A stretch of 64,000 nt of DNA. It comes from Xylographa opegraphella. Its lineage: Eukaryota. The notes under the pieces were generated by a model. It saw nothing but the letters and a program-made list of their open reading frames with translations, was not told where the DNA came from and ran no database searches. The position numbers and the translations under genes were made by a program. Of the stretch, positions 24,593 through 36,493 are shown piece after piece (the stretch's first letter is position 1; each line of letters opens with the position of its first letter). The stretch lies in contig JALDZX010000007.1 in the NCBI GenBank assembly GCA_022813865.1, positions 186,001-250,000 on the forward strand, given 5' to 3'.

Positions 24593-27500
24593 ATGCCTTC
24601 CCAACTACCCACTAGCTTTGCTTCAGCAGCAGCTCCCAATGGCGTCAGCGACAACACTTTGAATGGGAGGAATACTTTGCGGGGCGACGGTAGCGGCGAC
24701 TGGTAAGATTTTCAGTGTTCGAAGCAATCGCCATGGAAAAGTAATAATGATCGCAACAATCTCGCTGGCATAATATGTGAACTTCATTGAGATCGCCTAG
24801 AGGCGAACGTTGGTTGTGACCGCTTTGGCGACCAGGGCTAACCAACCGTTCACACAGGTCCCGAGCACGTACGAACGGCGCGACACAGACTTTCCGACGA
24901 CCATCGCTGGCAACATCATCATCACATAATAGAGAAAACTCACAGAATGCAAATCCTCCATCCAGCGGGGGTGTCTACGTACCCCCACATCTCAACTCGA
25001 ACTACCACCAGAGTCTCCCGCGCAATAACTCTATGCTAGATTCGCGCTATTCTAAAGATCAACTATTAGAACTTTTCAGAGCGCAAGGAGATTCTGGCTA
25101 TTTGTATAAAAACTCTTCAGAATATCTCGTTGAGGGATGGAATCCAAACGCGTCTAGTGTGGCAAGCAACGGTGTATGGAACCGCCGAGATGACCATAAG
25201 GATGCAAGCAATGGACCGGAAATATGTTGGGATCATGAGGGTTCTATCCAACCGTTAGGCTTGATGGAACCGTCAGAGGAAGAGAAGGAGGTGCTTCCTA
25301 TCTACCATGATATGAGCAGACCAATTGCTAATCCATACATAGTTGTTCTCTATTTCCGTGAATTCGCCTTTGAAACCTCCGCCACAGAATACCAACAAGG
25401 AAGGGACGCCTACAACGGGGGCTAATGGACGAAAGTCATCAATATCATCGGCTCAGAATAGTGGACTATCACAGAGCGGAATGCAACCGACTATTCGACC
25501 AGGCCCTCGGCGCCGTGAAACTAGCGATTCGCTATCATTTAGCAATCCCCTGGCATCACCCACTACAAATCGGCGGCCCAAAGAAGAGCAACAGCTCTCT
25601 ACTCCTCCGCCGTCATCAGTGAGAAGGCGAACGGATTTCAAGGACAGTGTATTTGGCTCCAATTCGGGAGATAGGACGAAGGCTAGCGATCGATTCGAAA
25701 GCGCGCTTGATACGAGTTCGTCATTTGGTTCACTCAAGCGTACCGCCACTGGACCTCTGAGTGCTGGACTGACCGGCCCATTATCTCCTTGGTCAGCATT
25801 GCCTCAATCTGCAGGATTCCCATCAACGGGTGCATTTGGAAACTTTTCGTTGGGTGGCAGCTCTATACAACCTGCGACTCCGGGCGAGAAAAGGTCTGGT
25901 TTTGGCAGTCTTCGAGGAGAGAGCAGATTCAAAGGACTCATGACTCAAGACAGCTCGGAAGACAATTCTGTCAGAAGCAAAGACAAAGCTGCTGGGGGCA
26001 ATCTAGAAAAATTAACGGAAATGGAAAGCGAGCAACCAGCTACAAACTGGCCACCAAATCATCAACTCCGCCAGAGTGCAGAGTCAAATCCATTTGATGA
26101 GCTTGAACATCGCGTAGGAAGTGCTGCGCTGGGTGGTGATGTACCCAGCCCGCCTTTCTCAAATCAGGCAGACTTTCAACGTCCTCACGATGACATTGGG
26201 TTTTCTGTGTTCAATACGGCTTCAGATATGCCATCCTTCAGAGACATGATGCAGCAAAGACGCGAATTTGCTCAGCAACAAACGCCTCAGGGTAATCAAT
26301 ACACACCTTCAAACCACCAGGAACCCATGAGCCCCACCAATACAAACCCGTACCAAAGTCCCGAAGGGGAAAAGACTACTTCTGAGGATTTTGATGCAGA
26401 AGTCTCTGAAGTCATGAGCATGCATCAGAGTACATTTGGTCTTGGAGGCATTCCGACAAGACCTCTGAACGCGAACTTCGAGGGCACAGCAAGTGACCGA
26501 AGCCAAACGTCAAGCGCCGGGCCTTCAAGAGGCTTTCCTAACCTGGGCGGTCTCGGAAGCTTTGGGGGTATCGGAACTTCTGGCGGTTGGTCTGCGGCCC
26601 CGGGCAGTGTTGGCACTCCAAGCAGAACGAACGCTGCATTTAGCTCGGGTTTTGGGGATTCTATATTCAGCTCTTTTGGCGATACCCATTCCTCTAGCCA
26701 TGCCGGAGTTGGAGCATTTGGTAATACCGGCTTCGGAAATGTTGGCACTATTGGGCGTGGAAGCAAGATGGGCTCGTTGTTCCCACTTGCGATGCAGGAT
26801 CAGATGCGCGGCAACGAACCGGTGAGACAGGATCATGCCTTTACTGACAGCCGCGAGGCTGTAAAGAGTAACGCTGCGAGGAGTAGTATAGGCATGAACG
26901 CACCTGGGTTTGGTGTAGGTTCACGAGAGACCGATGGTTCTTCGCACCAAAATCGTGGCATTTTAGACGATTTATTTGGAAGTTTAGATGGTCGAGGACG
27001 TGGACTGCAAGGTCTGACCTCGTCTTTCCAGATGGGCGATGTGAATCCGAACATGTTTAGTCAAGGACCGTCCTTCAACTCAATACAGACACCTATATCG
27101 GCAAGTTCTAGCGTGGGTGGACTGCAGTCGACACTTGCGCCGTCGTCGGGCTCCAACCTTGGACGATCCCCCGATGCTGATTCATCCGCTGGGATATCCA
27201 GCCAGATGCCAGCAACGCAACAACGTCAAATGGTTATGCCTGATCGTATGCGTTGGATCTATCGTGATCCTCAAGGAAATACCCAAGGTCCTTGGTCAGG
27301 ACTTGAGATGCACGATTGGTATAAAGCTGGTTTCTTTTCTCCCGAACTGCAAGTCAAGAAATTGGAAGATTCGGACTATGAACCTCTCGCCCAGCTCATT
27401 CGCAGGATCGGTAACTCACGTGAACCGTTCCTTGTTCCTCAGATAGGCATTCCCCACGGTTCAGCGAGCGCACAGCCAAGCAATACCTCTTCTCTTCTGG

Positions 27501-29683
27501 GTGCTGTGCCTGCGGCGAGCCCTACCACTCAAAACGGGTCAGCTCAACCGCCGTTTGCCAGTAGCTTTCCAAGTTTCGGCACCACATTGACTGCTGAACA
27601 GCAAAATGCTCTTGAACGCCGTAAACAAGAGGAACAATACCTAATGGCACGACAAAAGGAACATCTTGCGCAGCAGCAGGTTATGATCAAGCAAATGCAG
27701 CATATGCAGGGTGGTCCACACGGCATACATGCTCAACAACTGCATCACCACTCTAGTGCGCATAGTCTGCAGAGCCAACCAAGCTATGGCAGTATTACAT
27801 CGCCCACAGGTTATCAACCTTCCTCAGCTCAAGCTTCTTTGCAACAACATGGAGGCATTCCTGGCTTCTTTGATCCCCAGGCTAGGTCATCAGCGCTGAG
27901 TATCACTCAAACTGGTGTTGTTCCTGATAGTCTCCTGCCTGCTCGGGAAAATGACCTAGTGGCAGCAATGGAGCGATTAAATGCTGGACGTCCTTCACAG
28001 CTTCCATTTGATAGCTCATCACAAGTTCGTGGTACCCAGGAACCGTTAAACCATCAGCAGCAAGTCATGGTTATGCTACAAGATCGTGCTCGACTACAAC
28101 GAGAGCAAGACCAGTTCGACCTTCTTCAACGGGCTTCACTTGGCGAAACTCAAGAGACTATGAATCGACTCGAGCAATACAAGCGGCTACGTGCACATGA
28201 AGAAGACACCGCTGAAGCATTTGGGAACTCTACGGTTGATCAGGCAACGGCACACCGACGCACTGGAGCCGAGAATCAAACGTCTCATGAAGACCTCGAG
28301 AAGCCTGCGGGCTTCCTTATAGGACAGGAAGGTCACCCAACTCTGCAGAGCAATCTTATCTCCATGTCCGAGCAAGTCGCTACCTCTAAAAAGCACGTCC
28401 TTCCTATGCAGACGCAATCCCCCTGGGCCACAGTGGAGACAGGAATGCCTATGCCATTTCCTCCACCTCAGTCCATTTCGCCATTACCAGCACCCTCAGC
28501 TCAAAGAAATAGGCAGAATGTTGCAGACACACTGGCAGTTGATTCACACTCACGTTCGCAAACTCCCTCAGTCGACACTCCAAGCGCAGTTCTTGCGCCT
28601 TGGGCCAAAGAAAACTCAGAAGGATCGAAAGGACCGTCGTTGAAAGAGATTCAAGAAGCGGAAGCTCGACAGACTGCGCAAGAGGAAGAAATTGGAATAG
28701 CGGCCCGACGCGCTCTTGCGGAGCAAGAACGGCAATCGCAGCTGCAATCGTCCGCTCCGGCCCCTGGGCTTCCATCTACTGCCAATTGGGCCAGTGGGAC
28801 GTCACCTGCGACTCCAACTTCAGGAGGTCCTTCAGCTTGGACAAAACCCCTTGCAGGTAAACAGCCTGTCTCCGTTCCGGGCTCTACAGCCAAAAAGACA
28901 TTATCTCAAATTCAGAAGGAGGAGGAAGCACGAAAAGCTCGAGTAGCTGCCGTCGCCGCCACCAACGTTGTAAATAATATGGCTGGAATACCCGCATTAC
29001 CGGGGGGTAAACGATATGCTGATCTGGCCAGCAAAGTCGCGACTCCGGTCTCTGCGGGAGTTGGGGGAGCCTGGACTACAGTTGGCGCAGGTGGCAAACT
29101 CAAAACACCAATAGGGCCCCCTGCAGCAATCACGCCAGTCCCTCGCGCTCTCAGTAGTGGCAGTGTGACAAGTCCTGCTACAGCAGCGAGACCCAAGCCA
29201 GCTATTGCACTGGTCCGTAGTACAGCTACAGGCGCGAGCTCTTCGGGACAAAGTGCTAATGATGAGCTATACAAATGGGCGAAAGGGGCACTCGGAAAGG
29301 GCCTAAATACTAGTATCAATGGTGAGTTATCGTACCCGGCTTATCATTACTGTGCTTACAAAGCCGCAGTCGACGATTTCGTAAGAAATATTCTTCAATT
29401 ACCGTCCGAGCCCGAAATTCTTTCCGAGGCAGTCTATGCCAATTCGCCGACTCTGGATGGAAGGCGCTTTGCAGAGGAGTTTATACGACGTCGCAAGCTC
29501 GCTGACAGGGGGATTATTCCAGATACACCCACCAGCCTTGGGTTTTCCACAAGTAACGGTGGCGAGAGTAAGAGTGGTGGTGGCTGGAGCGAAGTCGCAA
29601 AGAAAGGACCTGCAAATGGGGCTAAAGAGGAGCCTGCTTCAGCTTTCAAGGTGGTGGCGACGAAGAGAAAGGGGAAGAAGTGA
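24593..29683 (+). CDS. GYF-domain protein (GIGYF/Smy2/Syh1-like)
   Basis: ATG 24593 (MPSQLPTSFASAAA); introns approx. 24703-24857, 25290-25341, 29322-29369. GYF domain WIYRDPQGNTQGPWSGLEMHDWYKAGFFSPELQVKK; also ERRKQEEQYLM, SLKEIQEAEA, DGRRFAEEFIRRRK, GGWSEVAKK. Confidence 0.92.
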
Positions 29684-30306
29684 AAATCCTCTCTGCTAGC
29701 CAAAAGAACTTGTATATAGATTCGAAGCCCGATGATCTGAAACGATAGATGTAAAATAGATAGGAAAGAATCATGGCCTCTGGATCTTTCCCTCTTTGTC
29801 GAAGTCACCAGGCTTGACTTTATCACATGTCCAACTGCTGCCAACATGGCCGGCGGAATGCCAGGCTCCACGTCCGGGAGTTCTCTCATCCAACGATTGT
29901 CGGCTTCTGGGACAGGAATAGGATGCGGTTTGGTGTCCGAGTACTCAATATAAAGTATAAAAGTACAGAGTGATACCTCAGTCTACGCCAGTATCTAAGG
30001 GTAGAGAGCACATCAACGTAGACTCCTAATATGACTTTACAGGCGCGCGGTGAAGACCATTCACATCAGCTTACGGTTGAAGTCGATTTATGCTTAAAGT
30101 CTTGCGCGTTAAGGAGAATCGGGGGTGTTGCTTGAGGAAACATTCATGCGGCGACGATAAATGAGGACAAATCCTACCAAGGATCAGGACAACGTCCCTG
30201 TACGCTCACTGTGCTCACTTGCATGCAACCAGGATGACTTATTACAGTCCCCGGACCCAATACTTGACCCATACCGATCCCATCAAAAGATCCCAACCGC
30301 CCTTTC

Positions 30307-31166
30307 CTACGTCCCCTCCGCTTTCTTCCCCCCCGACAAATCCTCCGGCAACACTCTCCCTCCGACCACCACCTCCTCGGACCCAATCAGCACAAACACC
30401 ATGCGACACCACTCCGTCTCGCTCTTATTCCGCCACGCATGCATCGTCCCCCGCTGCACCACCACATCCCCGGGGCGCATCGTCCGCGTCTCCCCGCCGT
30501 CGAGCGTCAGATCCACCTCGCCGCTCACGACGATCCCGTAGTCGAGGCTCTGCGTCCGGTGCATCAGCGGCTCGGCTTCCTGGCCGGTTCCGTGGTTCGT
30601 GCTGACGCTCAGGGGGCCGATGTCGACGATGCGGCAGGTGCTGCCGTGGCGGACGACGAGCGGTGCGGTGGCGGAGTCGAGGGCGGCGTGGGCGTGTAGG
30701 TCGGTGTCGTGCGTGAAGGAGGGGGTGGGTGTGGTGGTGGTGTAGACGAGGTTCATGGCGATGTCTGGGGTTGGGGAGGGGGGTTTAACGGGGTATAATT
30801 TCGTGGGGGGTTGGAGAGGACGCGGATAGTATAAGGATGACGATAGAGATTGGGAGGAATTGAGGATGTAGTATTAAAGATTGACTTATACATTTGAGGG
30901 CAGAGCGAGCAATATGTGAAGTCAATGGAAGTATACTGATAGATTCAGGCAAAGGAAGCAAAGAATATCCTGGTTGGTACGAAAGCAGAGAATATATGAT
31001 TTCGAGAACAAGATGGATACGTACGCGGCGCCGTGACCTGCCAGGGGGTGGGGCCAGAGGAGGGGTGGAAGACGGCGAGGGCATCGGAATTGTGGGTGGT
31101 GAGGAGGCGGGACGGAGCGGGGAGGGGAGAGGTCTGCGAGGGGTCGCGGGGAGGATAGGAGGACAT
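30307..31166 (-). CDS. Cupin_2-domain protein
   Basis: Two exons (ATG 31166 MSSYPPRDP..LLTTHNSDALAVF; second exon starts near 30764). Cupin motifs MHRTQSLDYGIVVSGEVDLTLDGGE and PGDVVVQRGTMHAWRN..WCRMVFVL. Confidence 0.9.
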
Positions 31167-32747
31167 GTTCGGCGGACGGGTTGGGTGTTGGTATAATTGG
31201 GATTGATTGTTGATATTGTTAGGATGACAAGATGGAACTGAGGGTAAAGTTACTTCGACGTGTCTATTGGCAAAAGTTATAGTGCAGTTGAGGAATATCA
31301 GACACGACTTGCCGACCACGGGAGTGACATGCCGAGGTTCGCCTTGGTATTTGATGGATTTCTAGATTTAGACAATTACGTAATACACGGCTCTTGATTG
31401 CGGTCAATACAGGTGATTGGCATTACGAAGGCTCTCAAATCAATTATCAAATATCATTGATTGTGCAGCTTCAGGCGGGATGGCCAAGACCATCGCAACC
31501 AACCACCGCCCGTTTGATCCATAATCGTGTCTTCAGAATTTCCTTCTCTTATATATCGCTTCGAAGTCAGGAGCTCCTTATAGAGTGCTGAACTAATAGA
31601 GTCTCAACTCGAGATCCAGGGACGGCCTCATATTCAGCGCAGTTGTCGAAGGGACTGGACTTGGCAAAGTTGAAAACGTCACTGATCGTTTCAAAACGGT
31701 CGGTGATCAAAAGGATTTAGCTCCACTTAAGGAGTCGCGAAGAAGCCCCAGCAAGTGAAGTATATAGCATAAATCCCCCGAGCTTAATCAGGATTGGAAA
31801 ACGAAGCGCCAATAGAACGGTGAGGAGCAAACGTTGAAATCGAGACAATGAAGTCTCGTGGGATCTTGACATGTGAATTGACAAGGAGGTACGGAGCAGC
31901 AGGCTGATCGTAAGGTAGTGGAGTAAACCTCAGACAAGGAAGTATATTCAAGCTCGCAGTGTAAACATGAGAGACGAAGCACAAAGATACGATGAGGGAG
32001 AGCACTGAGCGTGGCAGGAAGTTGAGAATGACCGGCGCTTGCAACCTTGGATCAGGCCATCCATATGAGATCTTGAAGATAGAAGGTGGAGATGATTGAA
32101 ATCCTCAACACAATCCTTAGGAAAAACAATGTGATAAGTACACACGAATGATTTACCCTGTGGATATATGAACAGAAGAGCGAGTGTAATCGAGGAGAAC
32201 AGTGTGTGTAATTCGAACATACGCTATGGACATCCAAACGGAATTCTCCGCTGATATCACGTGACTATCCCTTCCTATCCTATCAGTGTTGCTAGGGCTC
32301 AACCTGATTATAAACAACGCAATCCCTCATTATTTGCAAACGAATCCTTCTTACGTCTTCTGATACTACAATCTCAAGTATCCTGTGATCAGATTGCACC
32401 CTACAACAAAAGCCACGATGACGTTTCGCCTCCACAATATCCAAGGTCAATACTTTCTTTTCGGCTAATAGCCGGCCCAAAGTGCCGAGCTTGGATATCT
32501 ATGGGCACACCCATCATGGACAGTGCAACTGCCAGCTATGGAGCCGCCAAACCTCACTTTTGTTTCAACCCGCCTGGCTGTCCCTAGCGCAATAGATGCC
32601 AATTGTGGGGGCAATCATGATGATCTGGGGCTTGGCTAGATCGTGTGGGGAATCGTGGGGCACGGCACATCAAAAGACGATGCGTTCCTCTATGGTTTCT
32701 GGTTATCTGATTTCTACAGACTCGGAATCATATACACTGAAATCACC

Positions 32748-34713
32748 ATGCCTTCAGCTACTCATGTTGCCTCCAAGTCCATCATATCTGCGCGCAGTGT
32801 GGACGATGTGCGGCCTCTGAAAGTCATCGGTATTGGTGCAGGTGTCTCAGGCATACTGGCTGCGATTCGTCTGCCTCGGAAATTGAAGAACTCCGAGCTA
32901 GTGATATACGATAAGAATGAGGAAGTGGGAGGTACATGGTTTGAGAACCGGTACCCTGGCTGTGCATGTGGTATGGTCTCTTGTCGACCTGATTGTGAAG
33001 AACTATACTTACACGCCCCTGGAACAGACATACCGGCTCATTGTTATCAATTATCTTTTGAGTCCAACCCTGCATGGAGCTCCTTTTATGCTAGAGCACC
33101 CGAGATTCTTGCATACTGGAAACGCGTTGCGGATAAATATGGCATAAGGAAGTACATGAAGCTGTCTCATAAGGCCATGCAGGCGCGGTGGGACGAAAGT
33201 ACCTCGAAATGGGTCGTAACACTCCAAAATATCACAACAGGAGAGGTATTCGAGGACACTGCGGATGCGCTGCTTACAGGAATAGGAGCCCTTAATGAGT
33301 AAGCTTTCATGTATTGAGTATAATTACCAGAACATCACTAATGATACTCGAAACAGATGGAAATGGCCAAGTATACCAGGGATAAAAGACTTTAAAGGCA
33401 AACTTCTTCACTCCGCCAGATGGGACGAATCATACGACTACAAAGTTTGTAGTTTTCCTCTCCAACAAACCAAGAAATCACTAACCACCGCTTAGGGTTC
33501 AAACGTTGCCGTAATCGGAGCTGGCTCCTCCGGAATTCAAATAGTACCCACTCTTCAGCCAGAGGTTAAGCGCCTTGATCATTATGTCAGAGGGAGGACA
33601 TGGATAGCAACGACTATAGCTGCAGATGAAGTGAAGAAAAGAAACGATACAGCCTCAAATTTCGATTTTACAAAGGACGAGATCGACGCTTGGCTGCGGG
33701 ATCCTACACTCTACTTGAGCTACAGGAAAAAGCTCGAAGCCGAGCTCCAGTCTGGTCATATAATCACCATGAAGGGCAGTGAAGCACAAAAGGAAGCACG
33801 GGCCTTCTTCACTCAGCTGATGAGAGACCGCCTGGCAAAGAAACCACAGGTTGCTGAGCACATGATCCCAGACTTTCCACCTCTATGCAAGCGGCTTACA
33901 CCAGGTCCTGGCTATCTCGAAGCACTGACAAAAGATAATGTCGACGTTGTGCCCACTGCAATAGAACGAATCACAGCTACAGGCATAATGACGACTGATG
34001 GAAAGCATCGTGAAGTGGACGCCATAATTTGTGCCACTGGATTTGATACTTCCTTTCAAAATCGCTTTCCAATCTACGGCATTGGTGGGGTTAAATTGGG
34101 TGAACGTTGGAAGTCTCGTGTGGACACTTATCTTAGCATGATGGTCGACGGCTTCCCCAACTTCTTCATGTCACTTGGGCCGAACTCCGGTGTAGGTGGT
34201 GGGAATCTTCTCATGCTTCTCGAGCGGATCGCCGAGTACACTGCGCAAGTACTGCACAAGATGCAGACAGAGAACATACTTACCGTCCAGCCAACTCACA
34301 AAGCTACACAGAACTTCACCGACTACTGTGACGCTTACTTTGCAGGTACAGTATTTAGCGAGGAGTGCAGCTCGTGGTATAAGGGCGGGACAGGCAAGAA
34401 TGGGCGAGTAGTGGCAATTTGGCCCGGAAGCAGTCTGCATGCTATCAAAACTCTAGAAAGGCCTAGGTGGGAGGACTTTGACTATACGTATGTGGATGGG
34501 AACGAGTTCGGATGGATAGGAGACGGGTGGAGTACGTTGGATAGACTGGATGATGCCGATAAGACTTACTACCTGGACAATCAGCAGATGATCCACCAAC
34601 CGCTCGAAGAGCGAACAGAGTTGGAGGGCCTGGCAGGTGATCTGGCAAGGACGGCGTTAAGTGAGGAGAACGGAAATAAAGGGAAGGAGGAGAACGGAAA
34701 TAAAGAGAAGTAG
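32748..34713 (+). CDS. FAD/NAD(P)H-dependent monooxygenase, Baeyer-Villiger (class B) type
   Basis: Three introns. FAD motif GAGVSG; GGTWFENRYPGCAC/DIP; BVMO fingerprint FKGKLLHSARWD; NADPH motif IGAGSSGIQ; KRLTPGPGYLEAL; DAIICATGFD; CSSWYK; WPGSSLH. Confidence 0.93.
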
Positions 34714-36493
34714 GCCGGCGCTGGCTTCACGGTAACCTTCACTTGTAAATTCGCCCCTGTGTGTATTTTTGATGTCGGTGTATATGCAGGAGAGATCGCA
34801 ACGCTGTGGATCTGCTACTCTGGATAACAGATGCTCGGGTTGTGTAGATAGGGCTATTACTTATTCAAGTACTTCGTACATTACGCTTGAATTGTGCGCG
34901 TAGCATAATCATGAGGATCGTCACATGGAATCACAATTTACCATGAAACCTCTGCGTTGATCTTCTTCTCATGATACCGCTCGTACGAGAGGACAATAGC
35001 CTTACTCAGTCTGTAGAAAAGTGATAGGTAGTACCGGGATCCTCTAAAGGATGGGCTTTAATTCCTTTTCGCCGGAAAGAAGAGCTGGCAGTTTCGTTTG
35101 AATCTACATAAATATAATATCGTTCGAGGCGATTTTATGTTTGTACAATCATCGCCCGGTTCCACCAAGGCGCGTTTGCGACTACCAGCATCACTCTTAC
35201 GAAACTTGGTCTAATCAATGAACGAAAACCTTGTCACAGTTCGTATGACACGACGCTGCCTGATCAAAATATGGAAGCTGTTCTGCACATCGTTCTTCAG
35301 CCTTTGCGGCGATGTTTTTGGATCGAGTACAGCCATATGGACAACACTCCTCCTATTTCTGGTTGCAGCTCACTCTTCACTACGACCCTGACTCGGGGAA
35401 AGCAGACTCACATTATGTCTTGTGACCGGTTTGCGGTTCGGGGAATTCTCTCCGTGTTTGGTGGATATTTTGGATCATCCTGAGCATGTATCTCTCTAGA
35501 TACCTTCACCAGCCAACCACGATATATTCTAGCTAGTATACTCTGCTCTTCCGGTGGCTTCTTGTTCGGGTGGCTCTTGTTCGGGTGTGGTCCACTGTAA
35601 CGAGTTAAGAAAATGTAGAATTTCCTTGACGTCTTCTCGAACGACGTGCGGGAACGGACGGCGCCGGCCGCTTTCACGTTGGCAATGGAGTAATTGGGCG
35701 GCATTGACAGGGTGAGCAGAACGGACGTCGCATGTGCTGCGGTTTAATATCCACTGCGTATATTCCTGATGTCCACCACCCACGAGATGCAGCAGATGCT
35801 GGCGACGAGGGCCAAGCGCGCGGGGCCGATAGTGTAGTGGACGAGGGAGAGGACGGGGGAGGCGGGACAGAGCGAAAGCTGCTGAGGGACTAGGTGAGTC
35901 GGTGCTGGTGAATTTGGTGCATGGGAGGAGCTGAGAGCTTTGGCTAAGGGACTTGAGTGATAGCCTGAGGTTCGGGATGTAATATTCCGAATTGTTGATT
36001 GCGCGGAACGGCATGCCATGATGCCAGTGGAGCTTGCACGAATATTCTACTCTGAGTTATACGGTTATTTTCTACGGATTCACAGGAGAGTTATTTGTAA
36101 TGTGTGATGTAGAAACGGTATTGACTATGAAATTAGAGCGAAATGACTTCCCAACAACGAAAAAGCTATACAAGCGACAAATTCATACATGAAGGATGGT
36201 CAGTCCTCGACGATGATGCAAAGAAACAAAGAATGGGCCATCGGTGGAGATGGTCAGTAACCCACCAACGTCAAACAAATGTCCACTGAGGAAGATGGTC
36301 AGTCCCCTCCAGTATCCAAGCGAAAGGTATCTGCTTTTCATGTAAACCAAGAACTCCGTTCCGATCTTATGACTCCGAACGCCGATTGTATGTGCGAAAC
36401 GAGTAGAGAATTCCCACAAAAAGGACGATGTATCCACCCAATCTCTATCCCACCCTCGCACAGCTCAAAGTATCGGCCAATTTTTTCTCCTCC

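Noticed and set aside
34663..34710. 24-bp duplication encoding EENGNK(G/E)K twice at the BVMO C-terminus
   Set aside because: Real, but a trivial slippage event in a disordered tail.
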